DNA from: Piedraia hortae CBS 480.64
Taxonomy: Eukaryota
Direction of reading: 5' to 3'
NCBI GenBank assembly: GCA_010093745.1
Contig: MU005959.1
Location: 424,270-488,269 of the forward strand
DNA length: 64,000 nucleotides
In this document: positions 46,604 to 57,629 of the stretch, piece after piece
How the letters are laid out: the number at the start of each line of letters is the position of its first letter
How positions within the stretch are numbered: position 1 is the first letter of the stretch
Made by a program: the position numbers and the translations under genes
The notes under the pieces: model-generated
What the model saw: the letters and a program-made list of their open reading frames with translations, nothing else
What the model was told of the DNA's origin: nothing
The model's database searches: none

Positions 46604-49339
46604 ATGTTCACGTTCACCCCCCTTCTGGGATCCCAACCCGCCTCTCGCGCGTCCCAGTCGGTTCTAGAGCTAGATGGCGGTATCAAGATCCTCGTCGATG
46701 TTGGTTGGGACGTTGCCTTTGATGCCGAACAGCTGTCCGCGTTGCAGGACCAAGTCCCGGCTCTGTCGCTCATTCTCTTAACCCATGCAACTGTTGATCG
46801 GTTGGGTGCCTATGCCCATGCTTGCAAGCACATTCCGCTCTTTTCCCAAGTCCCAGCATACGCTACTACGCCGGTAGTCAATCTAGGTCGTACCATGTTG
46901 ACCGATTTATACGCGTCAAGTCTGCAGGCAGCATCAGCACTCCCTCCATCCGCCTTGGCTTCCTCTGCTCAAGTCCCGGCGCCCGACAACATCCTCATGC
47001 AACCCCCAACACGAGCTGAAATCGCAACGTATTTTTCTCGAATCGTCCCGCTCAAATATTCGCAGCCCCATCAGCCTAGTCCATCGTCATGGTCGCCGTC
47101 GGTCGATGGCCTTACAGTAACAGCCTACTGCGCTGGACATACGCTGGGAGGGACAGTTTGGCACATCCAGCACGGAATGGAGAGCATTGTTTATGCCGTG
47201 GACTTCAACCTGGCCCGAGAACGAATGACTCCTGCAACCAGCCTCCTCGTCGGCGGAAGCGAGGTTATCGAGCCTCTTCGCAGACCAACTGCCTTGATAT
47301 GTGGAGCCAAAGGCGTGGAAAGGACCGGCGTGTTGCGAGGTAAAGACAGAGACGCAGCATTGATCAATCTTGTCTACGAGACTATCAGACTTGGAGGAAA
47401 GGTGGTCATCCCAAGCGACTCCTCGGCCAGGATCCTCGAACTCGGCTACCTGCTCAATCATCATTGGAGCGAAAAGCCAGACCTCGGCAAGCAGGCTCAA
47501 CTATACATGGCTACGAGAGATGCCAAAACAACAACTCGTCTCTTGAAGGGAATGCTAGAATGGGTCGATGACTCAGTCCGATCAGATGCAGATGCTTTGT
47601 TTGCCGCTAAAATGAAAGACGGCAATGTGCCGCCTAATCCGTTGGAGTGGTCGTATGTTAAAGTAGTCCAGGCTCGGAGTCAGTTGCAAAGGGTGGTGAC
47701 GGGTAGTAAGCCTTGTGTCATTCTTGCCAGCGATTCGACCTTAGATTGGGGTCTTTCAAGGCAAGCTTTGCAGTCGCTGGCAGACGATCCGAGGAATCTG
47801 GTTGTCCTGCCGGAGCCCCTTGGCCATGGCTACGTGGGGGGTGCGCAGAGCTTGGGGAAGATTCTATGGGACATGTGGCAAAAGGGAGCAGCAGGAAGGG
47901 CGGGAGTGGCTATTGATGGTAATGGTGCTGCTGTGGAATACTCCGAAGTCGATACTGCCCAGCTGGATGCGGGTGAAACGGAGTTGTTTGACTCTTACCT
48001 GGCTCGACAGCAGCAACTGTTTGGCACCAAAGCTGATGATAGACGGATAGACACGGAAGGGGCGGTTGACGTGCAAGATGAATCCGAATCTGATGAAGAC
48101 GACGATGACGACCAGCAGGGACGCGCTCTCAACGTCTCTTCTCAGTTGAAAGAAGGCAACAAACAGGCAAAGGAGGAGAGCGCACCGGAACGGCTACTGC
48201 TCAAGGGTGAAGAACATGACTATGATGTGCGAAATAAAAGGGGACTCGACAGACTGTTCCCGTTCAAGGAAGAGAGGGTGGTGTTCACAGAGTACGGCCA
48301 GGCGATCAAAGCTAATGATTATCTCCGAGCCGAAGAGCGTCAGGCGGCGGCCAACGAGGGCGAAAGCGGCAGTTCAGAGGCTGCGGTGGGGAAGAAGCGA
48401 AAGTGGGATAGCACTAGAGGTGGTGGCAAGAAGGCTTACGAACCAGACGATATTGATGAGGCCATTGCTCGCGCAACCGGACAGACGCTGCCAGATGGAC
48501 GCAAGGTCGGAAAGCGCGAGGACGAAATCGACAGCGATGCGGAGACTGAAGATGAAGAGTTCGTGCCGAGTAAACTGCTGCGCAAGACGGGAAAGCTGAA
48601 CATGAGGATGCGTCTGGCCCACGTGGACTTTACCTCTCTGCACGAAAAGCGAGACATTCAAATGATCGTGTCCATCGTACGACCGAGAAAGCTCATCATA
48701 ACGGGCGGTGACCTTTCCGAAAGACAAAGCCTCGCGGAATCATGTCGGGAAGCCATTTCCAACACCAGCGGAAACGATACCAGCATCGCTGTCCCCGGCC
48801 GTGGCGAAACCGTCGATGCAAGCATGGACATCAACGCCTGGACACTAAAACTCAGCCGGGATCTTCTCAAGCGATTCCGTACCTGGCAGACCATCCGTCC
48901 CGGACTCCAAATCATGGCCCTGGCAGGAGAACTAGGCGTCGAAGACGACGACATCCGCGAACCCAAACGCCAAAAACTCGACCCTGACGCACCACCCGAA
49001 AAAAAACCCTCCCTCCCTCTCCTAATGCCCCTATCCCAAAACACATTCACCTCTCTCGCCGCCCTATCCAAATCCGCCCAGCCCATCCACGTAGGCGATC
49101 TACGAATCCAAGCCCTCCGCTCAACCCTCCAATCGCGAGGTCACACGTGCATATTCTCCGGCGACGGCGGGATTTTAGTAGACAACACCGTTCTCGTCCG
49201 GAAATCATCCCACGGGATCGAAATCCAAAGTGCGACACAAGGTCTAGGCCTACCCAGTTGGAACGTAACGGACTCCGAAACCGGGGGGTCGTTCTACTCT
49301 GTCCGTAAAGCCGTCTACGAGGGACTGGCAGTTGTGTAA
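46604..49339 (+). CDS. CFT2: CPSF100/Cft2 cleavage and polyadenylation specificity factor subunit 2
   Basis: MFTFTPLLG start, ILVDVGWD, degenerate metallo-beta-lactamase motif LLTHATVDRLGA, AGHTLGGTVW, beta-CASP region and HVGDLRI C-terminal domain. Confidence 0.95.
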   Translation: MFTFTPLLGSQPASRASQSVLELDGGIKILVDVGWDVAFDAEQLSALQDQVPALSLILLTHATVDRLGAYAHACKHIPLFSQVPAYATTPVVNLGRTMLTDLYASSLQAASALPPSALASSAQVPAPDNILMQPPTRAEIATYFSRIVPLKYSQPHQPSPSSWSPSVDGLTVTAYCAGHTLGGTVWHIQHGMESIVYAVDFNLARERMTPATSLLVGGSEVIEPLRRPTALICGAKGVERTGVLRGKDRDAALINLVYETIRLGGKVVIPSDSSARILELGYLLNHHWSEKPDLGKQAQLYMATRDAKTTTRLLKGMLEWVDDSVRSDADALFAAKMKDGNVPPNPLEWSYVKVVQARSQLQRVVTGSKPCVILASDSTLDWGLSRQALQSLADDPRNLVVLPEPLGHGYVGGAQSLGKILWDMWQKGAAGRAGVAIDGNGAAVEYSEVDTAQLDAGETELFDSYLARQQQLFGTKADDRRIDTEGAVDVQDESESDEDDDDDQQGRALNVSSQLKEGNKQAKEESAPERLLLKGEEHDYDVRNKRGLDRLFPFKEERVVFTEYGQAIKANDYLRAEERQAAANEGESGSSEAAVGKKRKWDSTRGGGKKAYEPDDIDEAIARATGQTLPDGRKVGKREDEIDSDAETEDEEFVPSKLLRKTGKLNMRMRLAHVDFTSLHEKRDIQMIVSIVRPRKLIITGGDLSERQSLAESCREAISNTSGNDTSIAVPGRGETVDASMDINAWTLKLSRDLLKRFRTWQTIRPGLQIMALAGELGVEDDDIREPKRQKLDPDAPPEKKPSLPLLMPLSQNTFTSLAALSKSAQPIHVGDLRIQALRSTLQSRGHTCIFSGDGGILVDNTVLVRKSSHGIEIQSATQGLGLPSWNVTDSETGGSFYSVRKAVYEGLAVV

Positions 49340-49378
49340 TCATAATCATCATCATCATCACCATCATCATCATCATAA
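49340..49378. repeat. (CAT)n microsatellite filling the convergent CFT2/ATL1 gap
   Basis: Directly visible. Confidence 0.9.
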
Positions 49379-49383
49379 TTTAG

Positions 49384-49796
49384 TTACTCCTCCGGAAACC
49401 ATCCATACACACTCAAATCAACCTTCCTCTCCCCCAACGCAGTGCGAGTTACCTCCACCCCCTCGGCTTCCAGCGCAGAGGCCTGTCTCTCCGCGCCGTT
49501 ACCGTCCCTACGAAACCGTCAGCGGAGCAAGCAGCCTACCATGTTGATGAAACGAACCTAGGCGAAATAATCCCCCGCGCGCTAACGACCCGCTGCCACG
49601 GCACGGTGTTGGAGTTGAAGGTCTGTTCCCCCGATGAAGGGAGGTGTTTGAGCGCTATGCCTACCTGACGCGGCCGTTCAGGCCGTCCAATCATCGCAGC
49701 AATGTGTCCGTACGAAGTCACCCTCCCGTGCGGGATAAGCTGGATGGTGGTGTAGACGGAGTGGAACCACGCCTCAGCTTCATCTGAGCGGGGCAT
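49384..49796 (-). CDS. ATL1: Alkyltransferase-like protein (MGMT family, Trp variant), 120 aa, 2 exons
   Basis: IPHGRVTSYGHIA, PRQVG and PWQRV (Trp replaces the catalytic Cys). Intron 49557-49508 restores the C-terminus QASALEAEGVEV...YGWFPEE. Confidence 0.92.
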
Positions 49797-49906
49797 TGCT
49801 GTTCTTATCGTTGTGGGTGTGGCTGTTCGTAGTGGCTGTGCAGCATGCATGCAAGCTGCCACACACCTCCCGCATCATTCTCCCCCACTTCCACTCCCAC
49901 CCACTC

Positions 49907-51642
49907 ATGGCAACCACCCGCGCCCTAACAGGTCTAATTCTCGACTCCACAGATACCCTCACCCTCCTCCAACGCCTCCGTGACCAAATCACCTACACCC
50001 CGACCTCCCTCAACAGGACGGCGTCAGCCATAACGACCTCCCTCGACCGTCTGGCCACCGTGCGGAGATACCTAAAACTCATCCGCGATGAGGCTAATGA
50101 GGGGTTCTTCGTCGCTTCGCGACGCGATTGGGATTTGTTTGTGCCGAGCCTGCAGATGAGTCTTGATGATTTGCTGTCTATTGGGGAGAGGATGAGAGAG
50201 GGGGGGTCCGCGAGGGCGCTTTGGGGGTTAATTGCCAGTGGGATGACGGTTGACGAGGGTGTTTCGTTAATTGATAGGTTGGGGGTTTATGTGAGGTTCT
50301 TGAGAGGGGAGGTGGGGGTGTTGAGGGGGGAAGAGGGGGAGGGGAAGGACGTGAGCAGGAGGGATTTGGTGGAGTTGGTGGAGAGGCAGAGGGGGAGTTC
50401 GCAGAGGGTTGTTGGGAGGGGGGTTGGGGCACTGGGGAGGGGGAGGGGGAGGGGGAGGGAGATTACGGAGGTTTCGGTGCAGAGGTTTAGGTCCAGGTCA
50501 ATTTCGACACATAAGGAAAGGTTCAGGTCCGGATCGCGGAGGGGTTTGATTCGTAATAGGACACTCTCACCTTCAACGGAAAGGAAAAAACACTGGATAA
50601 GTAAAGTCTGGGATTGGAGTCATCCTAGAACTTCCTTTCACGATAAACATACCATGTCAGCAGCCTCCCCTTTACCATCCCTCCTCATTCTAACTATCTG
50701 AGCAGAAACGAACCTCCAAAATGCTTCTTCCCGCCCTCTTCCCCCTCCTCTGAACTCGATCTAAGGACGGACGGCTATATCCCCCTGCAAGACATCAAAC
50801 TTCCCCCCTCTTGCACCGTATCATTCTACTTCCGACCCCCCGACCGCCGCTCTCGCATCCTCCTCACCCTCCCCACGGGCCAGTACTCCACAACAATCGC
50901 CTCCCTCCGTCTCCGCCGCCACAAATCAATGCTAAGATTCACAAAACTGAGAAAAGACTCCGAAATCGACGATGTCTGGGCCCAACTCTCCCTGCCTGAT
51001 TACGAGACGTTAGTCCTCTTCTACTGCTCTTTTGTCGCGTTGAAGAGACAAGAGTTGGATCCAGGGAAGAGTGTCATCCCGCCTGAAGCGGCGATAGCGC
51101 TGATGGAGGTGTGCGAGTTGCAGAGTAAGGAACTTGTTCCTGTTAAGGTGAGCGGAGGAGAAAGGGCGGTGATGCCTGGTGTCATGCCAGGTGCGTTCCC
51201 TGGTGTGGGAATCACCCTCCCCGCATACAGCTCAGTTCCCCCCCCCACAATCCTCGTTGAAGGCGACCAACTCCTCTACTCCGGCGCAGTGTTAATCAAC
51301 AATACCTCCTTCGCCCTCCGCCTCTACCACGATTTGTGTAGTGGGGTTGTTAGGCTTGAGGTTTCGGATATTGAGTTGGAGACGCCGCTTTGGAATGCGT
51401 TCGTGACGAGGTATGCAGTTCGCAGGGATGAACATTGGGCGGAGTTGGTGCAGGGTAGGGATTCTTCGCGAAGGGTGGTGTCCATTGCCGCGTTGAGGAA
51501 GGTTTATGTTTTTGATTGGGATGCGAGAGGCTGTACGCCGCAAGTGGAGAGGGATGGGGGTTGGTGGATTGTGTTTGAGGAGGAGGAGGACGCGAGACAG
51601 TTTGTCGAGTGCTGGATTGGGGTGTGTAGGTCTGTAGAGTGA
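49907..51642 (+). CDS. Uncharacterised fungal protein, paralog A (helical N-domain, probable beta-rich C-terminal domains)
   Basis: Intron 50656-50705 (GTCAGC...CTAAC...CAG) joins the ORFs in frame. YETLVLFYCSFVALKRQ and ETPLWNAFVT match 52986-54765. Confidence 0.8.
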
Positions 51643-52985
51643 GTAGAGAGGGAGGGATGGGGTCCTGGGAATTGATCGGAAAGGAGCTCACTGTGGATGA
51701 TGGTATGCGATATGTGTATCTGCTGAATTTGAATGGGCAAGGCTCGATTTGTTGCTACAGTCGAACCTAGCCTCGTCGAATGCTATCGTCTCCACCAGTA
51801 TGTTGATTCTCTCTCTGCAAAGTCGTCGATTGTCACGGCCTTCGCCCAGAGGGACTGCATGTGCCAGAGTCCGTCTTCGCTCGTGGCAGCAAAGCTGATC
51901 ACTGGCGCCGCAAATCGAAAGACAGAAAGGTAGTGTTCGGCGACATGCAGCCCATCTGGGTTGTTCACCGTCGGTTTGGCCGTTGAGGTCTTCTGCCCAC
52001 GGCATTCAATCTGCTGTTGACTAGTAATTCTACATACTCAGAACACGATCAACGATTTGTCTTCAGCTGACGGTGGTCATAGATGCCTGTGTGGGATGAC
52101 TTTCAGCGCGTTGTTAACATTGACATTGGTCCACTTACCTTCATCCTCGCCCGTATCTTGGACTTGTATGAGCCTGTATTCTGCCGACCCTCGTGCTCAG
52201 GCTGAACCTTCCTCCCGTTACAAGCTTCACCTGCTCTTCCCATTCTCAATGCGCCGTGTGAGAGCAGAACGACGAGACTTGTGGCCCTGTCACTTTGGGC
52301 CATGAAGCCCTCTAGCTCCAGCACTCTAGGGCCGGAGTGCTTCCAACAATTCCACCGCGCTTGAACCTGGTCATTCGGGGCTGAGTGTTCCACCTATGAA
52401 TCCGCTGTATATCGATTTTCGATTGTATGGCAAATGTATCTTGAAAGTATGCTTGCTGCTTTTACGTAACATCTCATGCCATGCTTGCGCTTCAGAGTTT
52501 CAAACGCGAGCATGGAGCTGTTTGCCCTTTTTCCAATTTCAACTTGAAACTTTCCACTCTCGGCATCTGGCTTGAGGGATTGCCCTCAGTCCTTAGTCTA
52601 TGATCGACTCGCCTCTCATTTGGTCGGTGATGTCAGCGAATCGGGACGATTTCGTCATAACCGTTCACCACAGAGCCCCGTCTGTGTGAGATGTGTGACA
52701 GGTGCGACGTATAACAGTGTCTGGAAGGCCCGGAACGGGCCGAAGGCAGGAGGATAGGAGGGAGGTTCGAGGGAGAGAAGGGGGCATCTTGGTTGTACGT
52801 ACGTACGTTATCACACCTGGGGGAACAAACGGTCCATTTACATTAAACAATCTCTTCTGCTTTGTGCAGTTTGTCCGACATGGTTAAGTTGCAGCCATTT
52901 GGCGAAGCGATGGAGGCTGTGCGGCGCTCGCTTGCTACCTTCATAAAACATCCCCGCAGGGCTGACATCACGCATCGTTAGTGGC

Positions 52986-54765
52986 ATGGCTACCACGGGC
53001 TTAACACAAGATCTCACCATGGCCACTGGATTGACCCTTAAAAATTTGATACGAGACGTATTCGCTACTGAAACTTGGCTGAACAACTTACGTCAGCAAG
53101 TGTTGCTTTCGCACTACGCCTCAGGCCATACGGAACTGACCATCAATGCCTCGTTGAACTCCATTGCCAATATCCTCATTTTCTTACAAGCAATCTATGA
53201 CGGCGCGCCAAAATCTTTCTACAATGATGACTGGGATATGCTCATACATAGCCTGCAGATCACTCTTGATGACATTGTTACGGTGCTAGAGCGCAGGACT
53301 GACACTACTCCACCAGGCATACTATGTGACCTAATTCTATGTTCAGTGGTGGCGGATCAAGGCATCTCATTGGCGGGGCGACTGGAACTTTATCAGAGAT
53401 TTCTGCGAGTACAGTTTGAAAGGCTCGCCGGCATCCAGGGACCAAACGAGATTGAACTTCATATCAAGGTAGAGTTAGCTTATCTTTTCGCCGCACAGAA
53501 AGCAAGCCCGCAGCGGGTAGTAAATCGCGCAGTAGAGGGGCCATCTGTGGGACAAAATCCTCAGACAGCTTTACCGGATAGCTCCAGAATAAGGTTGGAA
53601 TCGACGTCCGGGCAGCCAGTATTTCAACCTAGAGAGCTCACACACTGGATAACCGAAGTCTGGAAAGGAGATCAACCAAATACACCCTTTCACCCTGAAC
53701 ATATCCAGTAAGTTCACAAATTCGTGGACAAGGTCGAAAGCTCACATATTCCAGTCAAGAACCAACGACTTGCTTTTTCCCTGCTCATGATCAATACGTA
53801 ATTCGCGATGACCTTACAAATGATGGGTTCATGCTCTTCCAAGAAATCTCTGACATCTTCGGGGCCGACTGCAGCGCAGCTTTTTACATTCGTCCGCACG
53901 ACTTCCGGGCCAGATTAACCATCACCATAGAATATTCAGAGCCGTGGTCCGATGTACCCAACATTATCATCACCGGGAGCTATATGCGCTGCACGCTCCT
54001 CTCAACCGTCAAAATCACGCGGCATAAATCCTCCTTGAAACTCCTCCGACTCCGCAGGCCAGAACTGAACAAGCCGCCCAACGCAGCCGTGCACGATGAC
54101 TGGGCGGTCCTCAACTTCCCCACCTACGAGTCCATGGTATTATTTTACTGCACCTTTGTCGCCATGAAACGGCAGTCTCAATTCCGGGACGCCAACGCCC
54201 TTCCTGTTGGGCTGCAGGAGAGGGCAGAATTATGCTCCAAGCGCGAGCGTCGACAGGGTCTCGAACATGGCCGCCCCCGTAGTCGCAGTAACATAAACGA
54301 AGTTCCCCCTCTCCTCCCCGATGGCGAAGGCGAGGACATCCTCTCCACGGGGGTCATAATCCTCCCTAACAACCGACCATGCACACTGCGCTTATGCAAG
54401 GATATTTGCAGCGGCGTTGTGCGTCTTGACGCCGCTGTCGAAGCCCCCGATGGTATCGAAACCCCGCTCTGGACAGCCTTTGTTACAAAATATTATGTCC
54501 AGGGCGACGTCGATTGGGCAGAGCTCCTCGAGGCGCGACACGGTCTGAGAAAGACTGTTGGACTCGCTGCCATTCGACCGAAGATCTATCTATTTGCTAG
54601 GGGTGATGGGCTGCTGCCAGAAAGTCCAAAAGAGGGGGGGTATCTGATTAAATTCAAAGATGAGATATGTAAGTTGAGAGATGTCCGTATGTTGGGTCGC
54701 TAATGTTTGCAGCTGCGAGGGAGTTTGTCGAGGCTTGGACTAGGTTGTGTAATTCCAAGGGGTGA
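52986..54765 (+). CDS. Uncharacterised fungal protein, paralog B (3 exons)
   Basis: Introns 53708-53754 and 54669-54712. YESMVLFYCTFVAMKRQ, CSGVVRL and ETPLWTAFVT are shared with paralog A. Confidence 0.82.
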
Positions 54766-55072
54766 GAATTTGAAGAAGTCGAATAAGGTTTTGTCGTGGA
54801 GTGCAATGGGATATTCTAATCATCGCTTTGTGCTGGGACTCGGCACGTTTATAATCTTTTCATATCCCTACTTACCGTAAAACACTCCTCAGGAGCTCTC
54901 GATCTCGTCGTGATCAGTAAAAGTCGCACAAAGTGTTATATCGATGACTTGGGGCTCCTCTTTGACGCTGCTTGCCCAACCACAACGCAGAAAATCCCCT
55001 CAAACTCGACCCACTAAGTACTTCTCCCAAGCTCCCAATATTTCAAGCACCTCAACCCCCCTCCAAATTTCA

Positions 55073-56380
55073 ATGGAAGACCCTCGCGACCTCTTCCCCT
55101 ATGAATCCGGTTTCCCCGACAGTGAGTCCATCTACCGCTACATTCCCGGTGAATCCCACCCCGTCCACCTCGACGACAAGCTCCACTCTAACCAGTACCG
55201 AATCCTGCACAAGCTCGGCTACGGCAGTTTCTGTAGCGTCTGGGGTGTGCGGGACGAGCAGTAAATTTCCACCTCCCCCCCTTCCCCGCCTAGCCTATTA
55301 CCCAAAGAAGCTGAATATTTTACAGGGAGCAGAAATACGTAGCGATCAAAGTCCCCATTGCGGATGCCCCGTCCAGTCGTGAGATAGAGACTTTGACGGC
55401 GTTGGCAGCGAGTGAGATCACTCACCCCGGGAAGGCCTACCTACCTGTTCTCCTCGACGACCTTGAGCTCGACGGCTCGAACGGGACGCACAGGTGCATT
55501 GTGACGGGGGTGTACGGCCTTTCCGTCGGGTTAGTCCTAGAGGTGGAGAACGTATATCTCTACGCCAGCGCGGCGAGGAGATTATAGAAGCAGCTTCTCC
55601 AAGCTGTGGAGTGTTTGCATCAGTTAGGAGTAGGGCATGGGTATTTGTATAGTGGGAATGTGGCCTGGAACGTCAGGGGGGTTGAGGAGTTGAGCGAGGG
55701 GGAGTATTTGCGGTATTTTCGTCACGCAGTGCTAGGTGAGGTTAAGAAGATGGATGGAGGGATATTGGGGTAAAATGTACCGATATACCTTATAATGCAT
55801 GACTATCGTCCCCCTGAGGTTTTGGATGAGGATGATATTGTGTATCGACTTTGGGCAGGCTTTTTTGGAGGGAGGCTCTCCCGGAGAGGTTGGAAACGCC
55901 GCTGCTTTACCGCACGCCGGAAGTTGTCTTTCACGAGAAAATCGATGAAAAGGTTGATTCGTGGAGTGCGGGGATGTCGGTATATTTGGGAGAGGTTTTC
56001 CGACTGTCAGCAGTGTTTCGTTCTCTTGACTATTAACCTTCCGAGTGAGAGGGTTATTTGGAACGGGAATACGCTTGTGGGTGTACTGCCTAAAGCGACG
56101 CATCTTAGCCCGCAAGAGAGGTGGAGGGAAGAGTGGGAGGATATTGTTGGACGGGTGACAGCTGCGACAAATTTCGAGTATGAGAATTTGCGGGGGATGA
56201 TTGTGTCACATCCCGAGAAAGACGCTGAAGAGGAATGGCAGGATCTGCCAGCAGAAGTATTGAGCAGGGCGAGGGAGCTGTTTTAGAAGATGCTAAGATT
56301 GGATCCGCGAGAATCTTGGCAAGAATGGCTCTTGAGTTGGACTGGTTCAAGGACCCTCCCACCTTGGTTGAGAATTCTGA
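55073..56380 (+). pseudogene. SRPK-like Ser/Thr protein kinase pseudogene
   Basis: HPVHLDD...YRILHKLGYGSFCSVW, IDFGQAF, YRTPEVV and DSWSAG are present. In-frame TAG at 55585-55587 and 56284-56286, catalytic HGD changed to HGY, and frameshifts. Confidence 0.85.
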
Positions 56381-56792
56381 TTGCAAGGATCGTTGAGGGG
56401 ATCCAATGATAACACCATGGCAGTTTTTTCGATACTCAGATGTTTGTCCTTGTAAACCGCGCTGCTCATCATACATGAACGGAGGATTCAATCGTCACTA
56501 CAGTAGCAAGCATCGTTGACTCGAGAAATTGTGGGAGGTGAAGTACTGTGCCTGAGTTTGTGTATGTGAGACTAGCTAGCAAGGGAGGGCCACACGAGAG
56601 CAACGTGAGAAGAAAGTATTGTACTTGTTTGTGAGACTTATGCACTGCCAAACTGCCCCACTGCATATGGTTGGGCGAACGTGGACGTTGAAGCGAGTCA
56701 AGATCTATGGCGCTAACTCCTTCAGGCAAAGAGCCTGCAGGGTCCTTGACCAACTCTGTGGGGCAGCCCAAACGTCACCCCCAAACCCACCC

Positions 56793-57629
56793 ATGCCGCG
56801 CGACTACCTTTCTAGATACCTCACACCCTCCGCGCCCCAGAAAAAGCGAAAGAGATCCAAACCCAGCAGCAGTGGACTAACCATAACCGAAGACGACGCC
56901 GAAGTCCTCTTTCGAGCACAACCCGACGACATTGATCCCGACGAAGACGCCGTCGTAGTAGGGGATGTAATTCAAGAAAAGAAAAAAGCGAAATGGCTCA
57001 ACCTCTCCGACGGAACAGATAAAATCCTCGCGGAGGCGGAGCGGGAACGTAAAAACCAGCAGGACGATGAGGACCCGGTGGTTGTGGAAGAGCCTGCAGC
57101 GGGGTTAATGACGGGTAAGGAACATGCTGCTCTCTTGAAGCGGAAGAGAGGTCAGGAAATTGGTATAGATGCTCTGCGGGAGACGGTATATCGGGATGCC
57201 TCCGGCAGGATTGTTAATCTTGCGGAGAAGAGGGATGAGATGAGGGAGAAGGCTGCGGAGGAGAAGAGGAGGGAAGTTGAGAGGCAACAGGGTGAGGTGC
57301 AGAAGCAACTGAAAGAGGACAGGAGGAGGGAGTTGGAGGAGGTGAAGACTATGGGGGTGGCGAGGTATGCGGATGATAAGAGGATGAATGAGGAGTTGAA
57401 GGCGCAGGAGAGGTGGAATGATCCCATGGCTGGGTTAGTGAGACCTAGTGGGAGGAGGGAGAAGAAGGTTTACAAGGGAGCGTTTGAGCCAAATAGGTAC
57501 GGGATCAAACCTGGGTGGAAGTGGGATGGGGTTGATAGAGGGAATGGGTTCGAGAGGAAGTGGTTTGCTGCAAGGAATGGGGTCAAGGAGAGGAAGGAGA
57601 GGATGTTTAACTCGTTGATGGATGATTAG
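56793..57629 (+). CDS. BUD13: Bud13/Cwc26 RES-complex splicing factor
   Basis: DYLSRYLT start, ETVYRDASGR, ERWNDPM and PNRYGIKPGWKWDGVDRGNGFE motifs. Confidence 0.95.
   Translation: MPRDYLSRYLTPSAPQKKRKRSKPSSSGLTITEDDAEVLFRAQPDDIDPDEDAVVVGDVIQEKKKAKWLNLSDGTDKILAEAERERKNQQDDEDPVVVEEPAAGLMTGKEHAALLKRKRGQEIGIDALRETVYRDASGRIVNLAEKRDEMREKAAEEKRREVERQQGEVQKQLKEDRRRELEEVKTMGVARYADDKRMNEELKAQERWNDPMAGLVRPSGRREKKVYKGAFEPNRYGIKPGWKWDGVDRGNGFERKWFAARNGVKERKERMFNSLMDD

Noticed and set aside
51690..52400. Short ORFs between the paralog pair
   Set aside because: No recognisable motif; possibly a decayed fragment, but not supportable.
55585..56286. TAG reassignment or readthrough in the kinase
   Set aside because: TAG terminates intact genes here (BUD13, the lipase, lah), and the kinase also has frameshifts and a lost catalytic Asp.
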